Shown here in pieces: positions 1 to 10,044 of a DNA stretch of 64,000 nucleotides. How positions within the stretch are numbered: the stretch's first letter is position 1; each line of letters opens with the position of its first letter. The translations under genes were made by a program, and so were the position numbers. The stretch is from Thiothrix sp. (GTDB lineage Bacteria; Pseudomonadota; Gammaproteobacteria; Poriferisulfidales; GCA-002705445), in assembly GCA_038141665.1 (NCBI GenBank), contig JAYQIN010000002.1, positions 121,098 to 185,097 of the forward strand. The letters are read 5' to 3'. The notes beneath the pieces were generated by a model. That model had not been told where the DNA came from and did no database searches. It was given only the letters and a program-made list of their open reading frames with translations.

Positions 1-83
1 GAATGGGAGGTATAACAGCTGTGGTAGAAGAAACTGGTAGAATTAAAATTAATGACAGACTTAAATTGGAAATTAATTCATGA
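1..83 (+). CDS. 3' end of probable MOSC-domain protein (partial, truncated by window edge)
   Basis: Frame from nt 3 reads MGGITAVVEETGRIKINDRLKLEINS*, resembling the MOSC C-terminal GG(I/L)xAxVxxxGxIxxGD pattern; the stop overlaps the aspS start (ATGA). Confidence 0.45.
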   Translation, partial: MGGITAVVEETGRIKINDRLKLEINS

Positions 84-1846
84 GAACTTATTATTGCAAT
101 GAAATAAACGAAAAAAAAATTGATCAAGAAGTTCAGGTTTGTGGCTGGGTAAATAAGATCAGAGATCATGGTGGTGTCATTTTTATTGACTTAAGAGATA
201 TTAAAGGCTTAGTTCAGATTGTTGTAAACCCAGATGATAAAAAGTTATTTGAACTTGCAGAATCTATAAGAACTGAATTTATAATTTCTGTTAAAGGTAA
301 GCCTAGATTAAGACCAGCTGGTTCTGAAAATTTAAAAATTGATTCTGGAAAAGTTGAAATCGTAAGCTCATCAATTGATTTACTTTCTAAGGCGGAAACT
401 CCACCATTTCAGTTTGACGATGACGTAAATGAAGATAGCAGACTTAAGTACCGAGTTCATGATTTAAAAAGTAGAAAAATGCAGAAAAATTTAATTATAA
501 GAAGTCATGTTGTGAATATAATTAGGAGCTATTTAACAGAATTAGATTTTCTTGAGATTGAAACTCCAATTTTAACAAAAGCAACTCCCGAGGGCGCTAG
601 AGATTACTTAGTGCCGAGCCGAGTTAATCAAGGTCAATTTTATGCTTTACCTCAGTCTCCACAACTATTTAAACAAATGTTAATGATGTCAGGTTATGAA
701 AAATATTATCAAATTGCTAAGTGTTTTAGAGACGAGGATTTAAGAGCTGATAGGCAACCTGAATTTACTCAGTTGGATCTAGAGATTTCCTTCACTAATC
801 AGTCGAAAATTATATCTTTAATTGAAAAATTATTTGCTAGAATTTTCAAAGATATTTTGAAAGTAAATATAAGTTTACCAATTCAGAAAGTTTCTTATAG
901 TGAAGCTATGGAAAGATTCGGGTCAGATAGACCTGACATGAGAATCTCATATGAAATTAAAAACATAAGTGAAATAGTGAAAGATTCTGAATTTAAAGTA
1001 TTCTCAATGCCTGCTACTGAACAAGGTCATAAGGTTAGTGCGATGTGTATACCTTCAGATGCAAAATTATCTCGAAAAGATATTGATACTTATACAGATA
1101 TTGCGGTATCTCTTGGTTCTCAAGGGCTTGCATACATTAAATGTAACGATGTAGATGATATTGAAAACGGTCTGCAGTCCCCAATCATAAAGTTTTTAGA
1201 TAAACAAATAGTTAAAAGAATTCTTGAAAATGTTAATGCTTCTAATGGCGACATAATATTTTTTAGTGCAGGACAAGAAAAACTCGTAAATAATATTCTA
1301 GGCACTCTTAGGTGTAAAATTGCTGAAGATAAAAACCTCCTAAATGATAAGTGGAAATTCTTGTGGGTTACTGATTTTCCAATGTTTGAGCACGATAAGG
1401 AAACAAAGAAATGGAAATGTTTGCACCATCCATTTACAAAGCCTGTTTACAAAAATATTGAGGATATAAACTCAAAGCCAGATACTTTATTATCTGAATC
1501 TTATGATCTTGTGCTTAATGGAACAGAGCTAGGTGGTGGATCCATAAGAATAAATGACATAAATGTCCAAAATGAGGTTTTTAAAGTTTTAGGATTAAGT
1601 GAAAAAGAAATTGATAGCCAATTTGGCTTTTTCGTTAATTCAATGAAATATGGCTGCCCACCACATGGCGGTATTGCATTTGGCTTAGATAGAATAATAA
1701 TGTTGTTAACAAATTCAAGTTCTATAAGAGAAACTATAGCTTTTCCAAAAACTCAAACTGCATCTTGCTCGTTAACAAATGCACCTGCTGATATCGATAA
1801 AGAACAAATGAATGAGCTTGGCTTAAAACATACAGAAAAAAAATAA
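80..1846 (+). CDS. aspS: Aspartate--tRNA ligase
   Basis: MRTYYC start, RDHGGVIFIDLRD OB-fold, TPEGARDYLVPSR, FRDEDLRADRQPEFTQLD (motif 2), PPHGGIAFGLDR (motif 3). Confidence 0.99.
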   Translation: MRTYYCNEINEKKIDQEVQVCGWVNKIRDHGGVIFIDLRDIKGLVQIVVNPDDKKLFELAESIRTEFIISVKGKPRLRPAGSENLKIDSGKVEIVSSSIDLLSKAETPPFQFDDDVNEDSRLKYRVHDLKSRKMQKNLIIRSHVVNIIRSYLTELDFLEIETPILTKATPEGARDYLVPSRVNQGQFYALPQSPQLFKQMLMMSGYEKYYQIAKCFRDEDLRADRQPEFTQLDLEISFTNQSKIISLIEKLFARIFKDILKVNISLPIQKVSYSEAMERFGSDRPDMRISYEIKNISEIVKDSEFKVFSMPATEQGHKVSAMCIPSDAKLSRKDIDTYTDIAVSLGSQGLAYIKCNDVDDIENGLQSPIIKFLDKQIVKRILENVNASNGDIIFFSAGQEKLVNNILGTLRCKIAEDKNLLNDKWKFLWVTDFPMFEHDKETKKWKCLHHPFTKPVYKNIEDINSKPDTLLSESYDLVLNGTELGGGSIRINDINVQNEVFKVLGLSEKEIDSQFGFFVNSMKYGCPPHGGIAFGLDRIIMLLTNSSSIRETIAFPKTQTASCSLTNAPADIDKEQMNELGLKHTEKK

Positions 1847-1847
1847 A

Positions 1848-2267
1848 ATGAAAAAAATCCCAATTTCAGTTTTAGTAATAATATATACAAAAAATAAAGA
1901 TGTCTTGTTATTAAAAAAAAATAATGACAAAGATATGTGGCAATCAGTTACAGGAAGTTTAAATGAAAATGAAAAACCTATTGATGCTGCAAAACGAGAG
2001 GTTTTTGAAGAAACAGGCCTAAAATCTAGCAATATATTTGATTGTAACAGGAAAAATGTTTTTGAAATTTATGAGATGTGGAGACATAAATATGAGGATG
2101 GAGTGACGCATAATACTGAACATGTTTTTCTCCTAGAGCTTGAAAGTAAAGTTGATATAGCATTAGATAAAAGCGAACATTTAAAATATGAATGGGTTTC
2201 AAGAGTCAAAGCTGCTGAAAAAGTTTTTTCTCATACAAACAGGCAAGCTATATTTGAATTAATATAA
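1848..2267 (+). CDS. nudB: Dihydroneopterin triphosphate diphosphatase (Nudix)
   Basis: KIPISVLVIIY, WQSVTGS, Nudix box AKREVFEETG, HNTEHVF; canonical aspS-nudB-yebC order. Confidence 0.92.
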   Translation: MKKIPISVLVIIYTKNKDVLLLKKNNDKDMWQSVTGSLNENEKPIDAAKREVFEETGLKSSNIFDCNRKNVFEIYEMWRHKYEDGVTHNTEHVFLLELESKVDIALDKSEHLKYEWVSRVKAAEKVFSHTNRQAIFELI

Positions 2268-2291
2268 AATTTATTTAATAGAAGAGGTAAT

Positions 2292-3023
2292 ATGGCAGGA
2301 CATAGTAAGTGGGCTAACATACAGCATAGAAAAAAAAGGCAAGACAATAAGAGAGGAAAGTTATTCACAAAACTCATCAAAGAGATTACTGTTGCAGCAA
2401 GAGAAGGAGGAGGTGATGCTGATTCGAATCCCAGACTGCGATTAGCATTAGATAAAGCATTTTCAGGAAATATGAATAAAGAAACTGTCGAAAAAGCTAT
2501 TAATAGAGGTACAGGTAATCTTGAAGGTGTAAGTTATGAGGAACTAACATACGAAGGTTATAGTTCGTCCGGTGTAGCTATTATTGTTGAATGCGTAACA
2601 GATAATAAAAACAGAACTGTTGCAGAAGTAAGACATGTATTTTCTAGGTTTGCGGGAAATTTAGGAAGTTCAGGCTCAGTGTCATACTTATTTAAAAAAA
2701 AGGGGGTCATATCCTACGAAGATACAAACAAGGCCGAACAAATTATTGATCTTGCAATAGAACATAATGCTGAGGATATTCTTCAAGAAGATAATTATGT
2801 TGAAATTCATACAGATAAGTCCGATTATTTGAATATTGCTAAAGTTCTAAAAGATAACGATTTTATTTTTGACAATGCCGAGCTTGAAATGCATGCAGAT
2901 ACTAAGGTTGATCTAACAGGAGATGATGCTGATTCATTCATTAAATTTATGGATGCAATTGAAGAACTTGACGATGTGCAAAATGTTTATACTAATGCTG
3001 AATACGAGCAAAAATTAAGTTAA
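2292..3023 (+). CDS. yebC: YebC/PmpR family protein
   Basis: MAGHSKWANIQHRK, YEGY, TDNKNRT, ELDDVQNVY. Confidence 0.98.
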   Translation: MAGHSKWANIQHRKKRQDNKRGKLFTKLIKEITVAAREGGGDADSNPRLRLALDKAFSGNMNKETVEKAINRGTGNLEGVSYEELTYEGYSSSGVAIIVECVTDNKNRTVAEVRHVFSRFAGNLGSSGSVSYLFKKKGVISYEDTNKAEQIIDLAIEHNAEDILQEDNYVEIHTDKSDYLNIAKVLKDNDFIFDNAELEMHADTKVDLTGDDADSFIKFMDAIEELDDVQNVYTNAEYEQKLS

Positions 3024-3069
3024 AGTAGATATTTAAATTTAAATAATTTTATAAGCTGGAGATTTTATA

Positions 3070-3384
3070 ATGTCAAAAATGCAAAGAGATAAAGGTAAGC
3101 GTTTTGAAAGAGAGGTTGTGAATACTCTAAAAGAGTCTGGCTTTTACGATGCAAAAAGAATACCACTATCAGGGTTGCAAGAGGGTTTTAAAGGTGATGT
3201 TTTAATTAAAAGAACTGAATCATCGAAAGAGTTACTAGGAGAATGCAAAAGTAGAGCTGGTGGTTTTAAATTAATATATGATGCCAAAGAGCAAGATGGC
3301 GCAGATATTTTATTTATAAAACAGGATAGGAAACCTGTGTTAGTGGTTATGTCATTAGATGATTATATAAAAGGCGAATATTAA
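3070..3384 (+). CDS. Hjc-like (archaeal/phage-type) Holliday junction resolvase, PD-(D/E)XK fold
   Basis: QRDKGKRFEREV..L...GF..AKRIPLSG....GDV....GECK matches the Hjc signature (KGxxxERE, RxxxSG, D, ExK); good RBS (GGAG); occupies the ruvCAB position. Confidence 0.8.
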   Translation: MSKMQRDKGKRFEREVVNTLKESGFYDAKRIPLSGLQEGFKGDVLIKRTESSKELLGECKSRAGGFKLIYDAKEQDGADILFIKQDRKPVLVVMSLDDYIKGEY

Positions 3385-3394
3385 CATAAAAAAA

Positions 3395-3808
3395 ATGTTT
3401 TCAAATGAAATCGACATTAGGGTTTATTATGAAGATACTGATTCAGGCGGAATTGTATATTATGCAAATTATTTTAAATTTACCGAAAGATGTCGAACCG
3501 AATTTTTAAGAGATTTAGGAATTTCACAAAGCGAAATACATAGAGACCATGGAATTAGGTTTATTGTACATAGTGTAACAATGGATTATATAAAGCCAGC
3601 TTTTCTTGATGACCATTTAATAGTTAAAACATCTATAGAAAAAATAAAAAGTGCATCAATTGAATTTTTTCAAAAAATTTATAAAAAAACTGATAACGGA
3701 AATATTGATATAATCAGATCAAAGTGTAAAATTGTTGCTATAAACAATGATTCGAAAGTTAAACCAATTCCAAAAATGATTTCAAATAAAATTATGGAGG
3801 CTCAATGA
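3395..3808 (+). CDS. ybgC: Tol-Pal-associated acyl-CoA thioesterase
   Basis: RVYYEDTDSGGIVYYANYFKFTERCRTEFL; directly upstream of tolQ. Confidence 0.95.
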   Translation: MFSNEIDIRVYYEDTDSGGIVYYANYFKFTERCRTEFLRDLGISQSEIHRDHGIRFIVHSVTMDYIKPAFLDDHLIVKTSIEKIKSASIEFFQKIYKKTDNGNIDIIRSKCKIVAINNDSKVKPIPKMISNKIMEAQ

Positions 3809-4506
3809 ATGGTCTTTTGCATTTAGCACTTAACGCAAGTTTTTTGGTTCAGTTAGTCATGATTATTTTAATAGGCTTATCAATTTGGAGCTGGGTAATA
3901 ATTTTTGTGAAAAAAAAAGAGCTAAAAAATATTTTAAACAGTACAAATAAATTTAGCCAAAAATTTTGGTCAGGCATTCATATGCAAAAATACTATATGC
4001 AAATAAAAGACAAAAGAAATAAAAGCTCAATAGAACAAATTTTTTATGTAGGATGGAATAGATATGAAATTCTTCATGGTGATGAAAAAGAGATTACTCC
4101 AGAATCGATTCCTCAAACTTCATTAAGAGCAATGCAGGTTGCAATTGCAACAGAATACGAGGCTTTAGAGTCTGATTTACAAACTCTCGCCACTATTGCT
4201 TCTGTAAGTCCATATATTGGTTTGCTAGGAACAGTTTGGGGCATAATGAATTCTTTTCAATCTCTTAGTCAAACTTCCCAGACAACTATTGCTTTGGTTG
4301 CACCAGGCATTTCTGAGGCTTTAATAGCAACAGCATTAGGCTTAATAGCCGCAATACCTGCTTTAATTGCTTATAACAAATTTAATAGGGATATATCTAA
4401 AATAATTTTAAGATATGAAAATTTTTCAGAAGAGCTTACTGAGCTTCTTCAAAGAACACATATTCCTGAGAAAAATGATGAAAATGACACATCAAAATTA
4501 ATATAA
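3805..4506 (+). CDS. tolQ: TolQ
   Basis: LATIASVSPYIGLLGTVWGIM, VAPGISEALIATALGL. Confidence 0.96.
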   Translation: MNGLLHLALNASFLVQLVMIILIGLSIWSWVIIFVKKKELKNILNSTNKFSQKFWSGIHMQKYYMQIKDKRNKSSIEQIFYVGWNRYEILHGDEKEITPESIPQTSLRAMQVAIATEYEALESDLQTLATIASVSPYIGLLGTVWGIMNSFQSLSQTSQTTIALVAPGISEALIATALGLIAAIPALIAYNKFNRDISKIILRYENFSEELTELLQRTHIPEKNDENDTSKLI

Positions 4507-4512
4507 GATTTG

Positions 4513-4941
4513 ATGAAATATAGAGACAAAAAAAAGTTGCTAGCAGAAATAAACATTGTCCCATACATAGATGTGATGCTAGTTCTGCTTTTGGTGTTTA
4601 TGATAACAACACCATTGCTTTACCAAGGTTTAGATGTAGATCTTCCAACTACTGAGGCTAATGAAGTTGATATAAGTAAATTTGAAGAACCGCTAATAGT
4701 AGAAGTAAACTCGAAAGGTATTATAAGAGTCATACAAGAAGATAATTTTAATGAGCAAGTAGTTGAAGAGGATTTAGCAAATACAATAATATCAATTTAT
4801 AAAAATAAAAAGATAGACAAAGTGTATGTTAAAGGAGATAAAACAATAGCATATGAAAAAATAATTAAAATAATATCTATTTTAAACAAAGGTGGCGTTG
4901 AAAATATTGGTTTGATTACTTTGCCGGTAAATGAAAAATAA
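4513..4941 (+). CDS. tolR: TolR
   Basis: AEINIVPYIDVMLVLLLVFMIT, VKGDK. Confidence 0.95.
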   Translation: MKYRDKKKLLAEINIVPYIDVMLVLLLVFMITTPLLYQGLDVDLPTTEANEVDISKFEEPLIVEVNSKGIIRVIQEDNFNEQVVEEDLANTIISIYKNKKIDKVYVKGDKTIAYEKIIKIISILNKGGVENIGLITLPVNEK

Positions 4942-5761
4942 TAGTAAAAAAAAATTAGCAATTTTTGTAAAAGTATTTTTAATGCACTTATTGATATTAT
5001 TACTTATCGATATAAATTTTTCGAAAATTCTTGGTTTTAGTGGAAAAAATATTGAAATAAAAGATTCTGCGAAATTTGTAAATCTTAAAAGTATTAGTTT
5101 AGAAGAAATTGAAAAAAATAGAGAAAAAATTAAGCAAAAAAAGAAGAGACTGGAAGATTTAAAAAGAAAAAAAAGACTAGCCGAAGAAAAAAAGAAAAAG
5201 TTAGCTGAAGAAAAAAAGAAAAAGTTAGCCGAAGAAAAAAAGAAAAAGTTAGCTGAAGAAAAAAAGAAAAAGTTAGCCGAAGAAAAAAAGAAAAAGCTGG
5301 CTGAAGAAAAACAGAACAAAAAGATTGAAGAAGAAAAAAGAAAATCTCAATTAGAAAAGCTAAAAAATGATGAAAAGCAAGAGCTTGAAAATTATGAAAT
5401 TTTAAAATTAGAAAAAGAGCTGTTAGAGTTAGAAAAAATTGAGTTATTAATTAAACAGAAAAATATTAGAAATGCCCAGCTGTCTGATGCCGAAGAAAGA
5501 TATATTTTAACAATTAAGTCTAAAATAGAAAATAATTGGCTCATTCCACATAATACAAAACATGATAAGATTTGCACTGTAATTGTTAATCAGCTTCCAA
5601 GCGGAAAAGTAACAAATGTTAAAATACATGGTTGTAAGGGTGATAACATATACCTTGATTCATTAGTTAACGCTGTATGGAAATCAAGCCCTTTACCAAT
5701 AGCCCCTGATATAGAAGTTTTTCAGGATATAATAGTTCTACAATTTGAGGAACCAAATTAG
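4931..5761 (+). CDS. tolA: TolA
   Basis: N-terminal TM with His, Lys/Glu/Ala-rich repeat stalk, C-terminal TonB/TolA domain (IENNW..P, SPLP); lies between tolR and tolB. Confidence 0.9.
   Translation: MKNNSKKKLAIFVKVFLMHLLILLLIDINFSKILGFSGKNIEIKDSAKFVNLKSISLEEIEKNREKIKQKKKRLEDLKRKKRLAEEKKKKLAEEKKKKLAEEKKKKLAEEKKKKLAEEKKKKLAEEKQNKKIEEEKRKSQLEKLKNDEKQELENYEILKLEKELLELEKIELLIKQKNIRNAQLSDAEERYILTIKSKIENNWLIPHNTKHDKICTVIVNQLPSGKVTNVKIHGCKGDNIYLDSLVNAVWKSSPLPIAPDIEVFQDIIVLQFEEPN
5177..5311 (+). repeat. 24-bp tandem repeat in tolA encoding (LAEEKKKK)x5 plus a partial copy
   Basis: ttagc(c/t)gaagaaaaaaagaaaaag repeated, Ala codon alternating GCC/GCT. Confidence 0.95.
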
Positions 5762-7036
5762 ATGAAATATTTTATTTTTGCAGCAATTTTACAGTTAATA
5801 TTAAATTCAAATTTGTACGCAGAACTTACTATAAAAATTGATAGAGCTAAAGTAGGCGCGTTGCCAATAATGATAAGCTTTAATAGCGATTCGAAAAATT
5901 TTTCTTCAAACATATTTCAAGAAATAGTTAAAAATGATCTTTATAGCAGTGGTTTTTTTAATGTTTTGAATTCTTCGAATGTTAAAAATAATATTTCAAA
6001 AAAAAGTACCCAATATGCTTTATGGACCCTTGCAGGGACAAATTACTTTCTTATAGGAAATATTTATCAAGACAATGGCATTGATTATATTAGATTTGAC
6101 CTTCATGACGTTATAAAGAAAAATATAGTTGCTTCATATAAAATAAATTTAACTAAAAATTCAAATATTAGAAAAGTTTCTCATACAATTAGCAATGTTG
6201 TTTTTGAGAAGATAACAGGAATTAAGGGAATATTTGATACCAAGATAGCCTATATCAGCACAGAAAAAGTTAATAAAAGAAAAATATATAAATTACATGT
6301 AGCAGATATTGATGGACACAATTCCGTTGCTATATACAAATCTTCAAAACAATTAATGTCTCCTACATGGTCACCAAAAAATGACAAAATAGCTTATGTC
6401 TCATTTGAAAACAACAGGCCTGAAATTTTTGTTCAGTCATTATCAACTGGTGATAGAGAGAAACTTCTTTCAGGAAAGTACTCGTCAAGTGCTCCAGCAT
6501 GGTCACCTGATGAAAAATATATGGCATATACATTATCTGTGAATGGTAATTTAGAAATTTTTATTTATAATTTTAAAACTAATACAAGCAAAAGAATCAC
6601 CAATAGTATTGGCATCGATACTGAAGCTGAATGGCATCCTAATAGTAAAGAAATCTTTTTTACCTCAGATAGAAGCGGTAGACCTCATATTTACAAACAA
6701 TCTATCAATAAAAATAAAGCAAAAAGAGTAACTTTTGATGGTTCTTACAACGCCGATGCAAATGTCTCATCTGACGGAAAATACTTATCTTTAGTACATA
6801 ATGCTGGAAATGGCCATAAAATTGCTATTTTTTCTCTAGAAGACCGTTATCTTAGGGTTATATCCAACGGAAGACTAGATGAAGCTCCAAGTTTTGCTCC
6901 GAATAATAAGATGATTCTGTTTGCTTCAAAAAAAATTCACAAAGGTATTCTTGTTGCGACAAGCAATGATGGTAGAATAAGACAAGAAATTGAACTTAAA
7001 GGCGAAAATGTTAGAGAGCCAATTTGGTCACATTAA
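5762..7036 (+). CDS. tolB: TolB
   Basis: Signal peptide, EKITGIKGIFDTKIAY, WD40-like PTWSP/PAWSPD repeats, FTSDRSGRP. Confidence 0.96.
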   Translation: MKYFIFAAILQLILNSNLYAELTIKIDRAKVGALPIMISFNSDSKNFSSNIFQEIVKNDLYSSGFFNVLNSSNVKNNISKKSTQYALWTLAGTNYFLIGNIYQDNGIDYIRFDLHDVIKKNIVASYKINLTKNSNIRKVSHTISNVVFEKITGIKGIFDTKIAYISTEKVNKRKIYKLHVADIDGHNSVAIYKSSKQLMSPTWSPKNDKIAYVSFENNRPEIFVQSLSTGDREKLLSGKYSSSAPAWSPDEKYMAYTLSVNGNLEIFIYNFKTNTSKRITNSIGIDTEAEWHPNSKEIFFTSDRSGRPHIYKQSINKNKAKRVTFDGSYNADANVSSDGKYLSLVHNAGNGHKIAIFSLEDRYLRVISNGRLDEAPSFAPNNKMILFASKKIHKGILVATSNDGRIRQEIELKGENVREPIWSH

Positions 7037-7064
7037 TATTTGTAGTAATTTATGGAGAGTAATT

Positions 7065-7616
7065 ATGACTATTGTCAGACATACAAGAAATATAGCTTTA
7101 TTTGCAATTATTTCTTTTCTTGCAGGATGCAGCAATTTACTTAATCAAAAAGATCCAGATGTTATCGTAACAACAGAACCTATGCTTACAAAATCCGAAG
7201 AGGGCGAGGTAGATAAAGTAACATCTGCTGAAAGCATTAATCTTGATAAAGTGGAAGGAAAAGGGCTTACACTAGGTAATAATATTATATATTTTGAATA
7301 TGATAAATATTCTATAGAAAAATCAGAATATAAAGAGATTATTGTAAAATACTCCGAATATATGGTTGAACATGAGAATGCAACGTTGAGAATTGAGGGA
7401 CATGCTGATGAAAGAGGTTCTAGAGCATATAATTTAGCTTTGGGTGAAAAAAGATCTGAGAATATTAAAGAAATGATGCTGATTAATGGCGTAAAAAGTG
7501 ATTCCATTGAAGTAGTTAGTTATGGAGAAGAAAATCCAGCTGTACAGGGTACTAATGAGAAAACTCATTCATTAAACAGAAGAGTTGAAATAGTATTTAT
7601 TAACACAGGCAAATAA
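7065..7616 (+). CDS. pal: Peptidoglycan-associated lipoprotein Pal
   Basis: Lipobox LAGC, OmpA-C motif IEGHADERGSRAYNLALGEKR, NRRVE; ATG at 7065 preceded by GGAG. Confidence 0.96.
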   Translation: MTIVRHTRNIALFAIISFLAGCSNLLNQKDPDVIVTTEPMLTKSEEGEVDKVTSAESINLDKVEGKGLTLGNNIIYFEYDKYSIEKSEYKEIIVKYSEYMVEHENATLRIEGHADERGSRAYNLALGEKRSENIKEMMLINGVKSDSIEVVSYGEENPAVQGTNEKTHSLNRRVEIVFINTGK

Positions 7617-7617
7617 A

Positions 7618-8487
7618 GTGTTAAGAAAAATATATTTTTGTATCGTAGTTTATGTTTTTTCACTGAACGCACATTCAAATGATAATGATGTTCTTATGAG
7701 AATGTACGAACGCCTTGAAATGATTCGTCTTCAAATGCAAGACTTGACTGAAGACAACCAACAGCTTAATAATAAAATTATAAATTTACAAGGCCAGCAA
7801 GATAGATTATATCAAGACTTATTGAATAAAATAAAAGAACTTGAAAATAATTTAGAAAAAAATAAAACACCTGAAATTAAATCCATAATTCCTGATGTAA
7901 CCAATGTCGAAACAGTGCCTGATAATTCAGCCTTAAACAATAAAATAGTTTCAGAGAATACTGAGAATATAGCGAAGCAAAAGGATAATAAAAAAAATAA
8001 AAAATTAGAAGATATTATACCTAAGGAAGAAAACGAACTTGATTTGGCAAAAAAATATACCAATGATAATTTTAAAAAAAAATTACCAGAATATAAACTT
8101 AAAAATGAAATTGAGTTATATAGGAGCGCTTTTCAACTAGTTAAAAATAAGAAATACAGTGATGCAATTGATTCATTTAATGCTTTTTTATATCTCTACC
8201 CACAAAGTAATTATGCCTCCAATGCTCAATATTGGTTAAGTGAATCTATCTATGCTTTAGGAGACTTTAAAAATGCAATGATAAATTTTGCTAAGGTAGT
8301 CGAGAATTACCCAAATAGCAGTAAAATTGCAGATGCAAGGCTCAAGATAGGATATTGTTACTATTCAATTAAAAAATGGAAAGAAGCAAGATTTATTTTT
8401 TCTGACATTGTAAAAAAATATCCAAACACAAGTCTCTCTCAGTTGGCAGAAAAAAAAATTGAAAGTATGAATGTTGAAGGTCGATAA
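7618..8487 (+). CDS. cpoB: Cell division coordinator CpoB (YbgF)
   Basis: Coiled coil followed by TPRs (YPQSNYASNAQYWL, YPNSSKIADARLKIG); follows pal. Confidence 0.92.
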   Translation: MLRKIYFCIVVYVFSLNAHSNDNDVLMRMYERLEMIRLQMQDLTEDNQQLNNKIINLQGQQDRLYQDLLNKIKELENNLEKNKTPEIKSIIPDVTNVETVPDNSALNNKIVSENTENIAKQKDNKKNKKLEDIIPKEENELDLAKKYTNDNFKKKLPEYKLKNEIELYRSAFQLVKNKKYSDAIDSFNAFLYLYPQSNYASNAQYWLSESIYALGDFKNAMINFAKVVENYPNSSKIADARLKIGYCYYSIKKWKEARFIFSDIVKKYPNTSLSQLAEKKIESMNVEGR

Positions 8488-8495
8488 AAAATACT

Positions 8496-9146
8496 ATGAA
8501 AGATGACTTAAGTTTATCGATTAATGAGATTTTTTATTCAATACAAGGCGAGGCATTAAACTCTGGCAAACCTACGGTATTTATTAGGACGGCAGGGTGC
8601 CCATATAGATGTTCATATTGTGATACTGATTACGCTTTTACAGAAGGAAAAAAAATAAAAATCACAGATATTGTTTCAGAAACTAATTCTTATAATACCA
8701 AATTCGTAACTGTTACTGGTGGAGAACCGTTAGCACAAAAAAATACTATAAATTTACTAAGTGTATTAAACCAAAATTCTTTCAATACATCTCTCGAAAC
8801 AAGTGGATTAATGGATATTAGTACTGTCCCTGATAATACTGAAATAGTAATGGATGTTAAAACTCCATCCTCTAGCGAGTCAGAAAAGAATTTAAAAAAA
8901 AATTTAACATTAATAAAAAAAACGGATGTTTTAAAATTTGTAATTGGAGATAAAAATGACTATAAATGGTCTAAAAATATTCTAATAGAAAACAATTTAT
9001 TAGATTTTAAAAACATATTTTTTTCGCCAGTACACGAAGATTTAAATCTCTCAGAGATCGCGGATTGGATTCTAAAAGATAGACTAAACGTTACATTGCA
9101 ACTTCAGCTTCATAAATATATTTGGGGTGATGTAAGAGGAAAATAA
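8496..9146 (+). CDS. queE: 7-carboxy-7-deazaguanine synthase
   Basis: EIFYSIQGE, radical SAM CPYRCSYCD, TGGEPL, QLHKYIW. Confidence 0.95.
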   Translation: MKDDLSLSINEIFYSIQGEALNSGKPTVFIRTAGCPYRCSYCDTDYAFTEGKKIKITDIVSETNSYNTKFVTVTGGEPLAQKNTINLLSVLNQNSFNTSLETSGLMDISTVPDNTEIVMDVKTPSSSESEKNLKKNLTLIKKTDVLKFVIGDKNDYKWSKNILIENNLLDFKNIFFSPVHEDLNLSEIADWILKDRLNVTLQLQLHKYIWGDVRGK

Positions 9147-9823
9147 TGAACAGGCAAAAAAAAGCAGTAGTGATACTCTCTGGCGGTATGGATTCTATTA
9201 CAACTCTTGCTATTGCAAAAAGTAAAAATTTTGAATGTTATAATTTAACTTTTAATTATGGACAAAAAAGCTTTTCTGAAATTGATGCAGCTAAATATTA
9301 TTCAGACAATTTTAACTCTTTTGAACATAAAATCTTTGATATAAATTTTAATGATTTTGCAAATTCAGCTCTGATCAATGAAGATATAAATGTAGAGATA
9401 AATCACAATGATGATATTCCGTCAACATATGTTCCAATGAGAAATATTATATTTTTATCTATTGCTTGTTCGTGGGCTGAAAAAATTGGTTCATCAGATA
9501 TTTTTATTGGCGCAAACTCAATAGACTATTCTGGTTACCCAGATTGCAGAGAATCTTTTTTAGAGTCATATGAAAAAATGATAAATCTTGGCTCTAAAAC
9601 AGGTTCTGATGGTGGAAAATTTAATATTCATAGACCGTTAATTAATATGAAAAAAACTGAAATTATTAAGTTTGGAAAATCACTCGGTATAAATTATAAA
9701 AAAACAGTATCATGTTATCAGGCAACTCACGACGGAAAAGCTTGTGGTATTTGCGAATCTTGTTTATTTAGAAAAAATGCTTTTATTGAACTTGGCTTAG
9801 AAGATGAAACTATATATATTTAA
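9146..9823 (+). CDS. queC: 7-cyano-7-deazaguanine synthase
   Basis: SGGMDS, TYVPMRN, DYSGYPDCR, SCY..CGICESC. Confidence 0.97.
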   Translation: MNRQKKAVVILSGGMDSITTLAIAKSKNFECYNLTFNYGQKSFSEIDAAKYYSDNFNSFEHKIFDINFNDFANSALINEDINVEINHNDDIPSTYVPMRNIIFLSIACSWAEKIGSSDIFIGANSIDYSGYPDCRESFLESYEKMINLGSKTGSDGGKFNIHRPLINMKKTEIIKFGKSLGINYKKTVSCYQATHDGKACGICESCLFRKNAFIELGLEDETIYI

Positions 9824-9919
9824 GTTTGAATTTAGCTTATAATTTTAAAGTATTGCAAATATTGTATAAAAAATATTTCTTGTTATATAAATTATCAACT
9901 GTACAATCTCAAGCTTATT

Positions 9920-9996
<77 letters not shown>

Positions 9997-10044
9997 ATTT
10001 AAAAGCTTGCTATTGTTATATTTGATCTATTTAGTGATTTATGA

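Noticed and set aside
5177-5311. Possible CRISPR-like repeat array
   Set aside because: Contiguous in-frame coding repeats without spacers; no cas genes in the window
4882-5319. 145-aa minus-strand ORF with FFFFSSAN repeats
   Set aside because: Antisense shadow of the tolA repeat region
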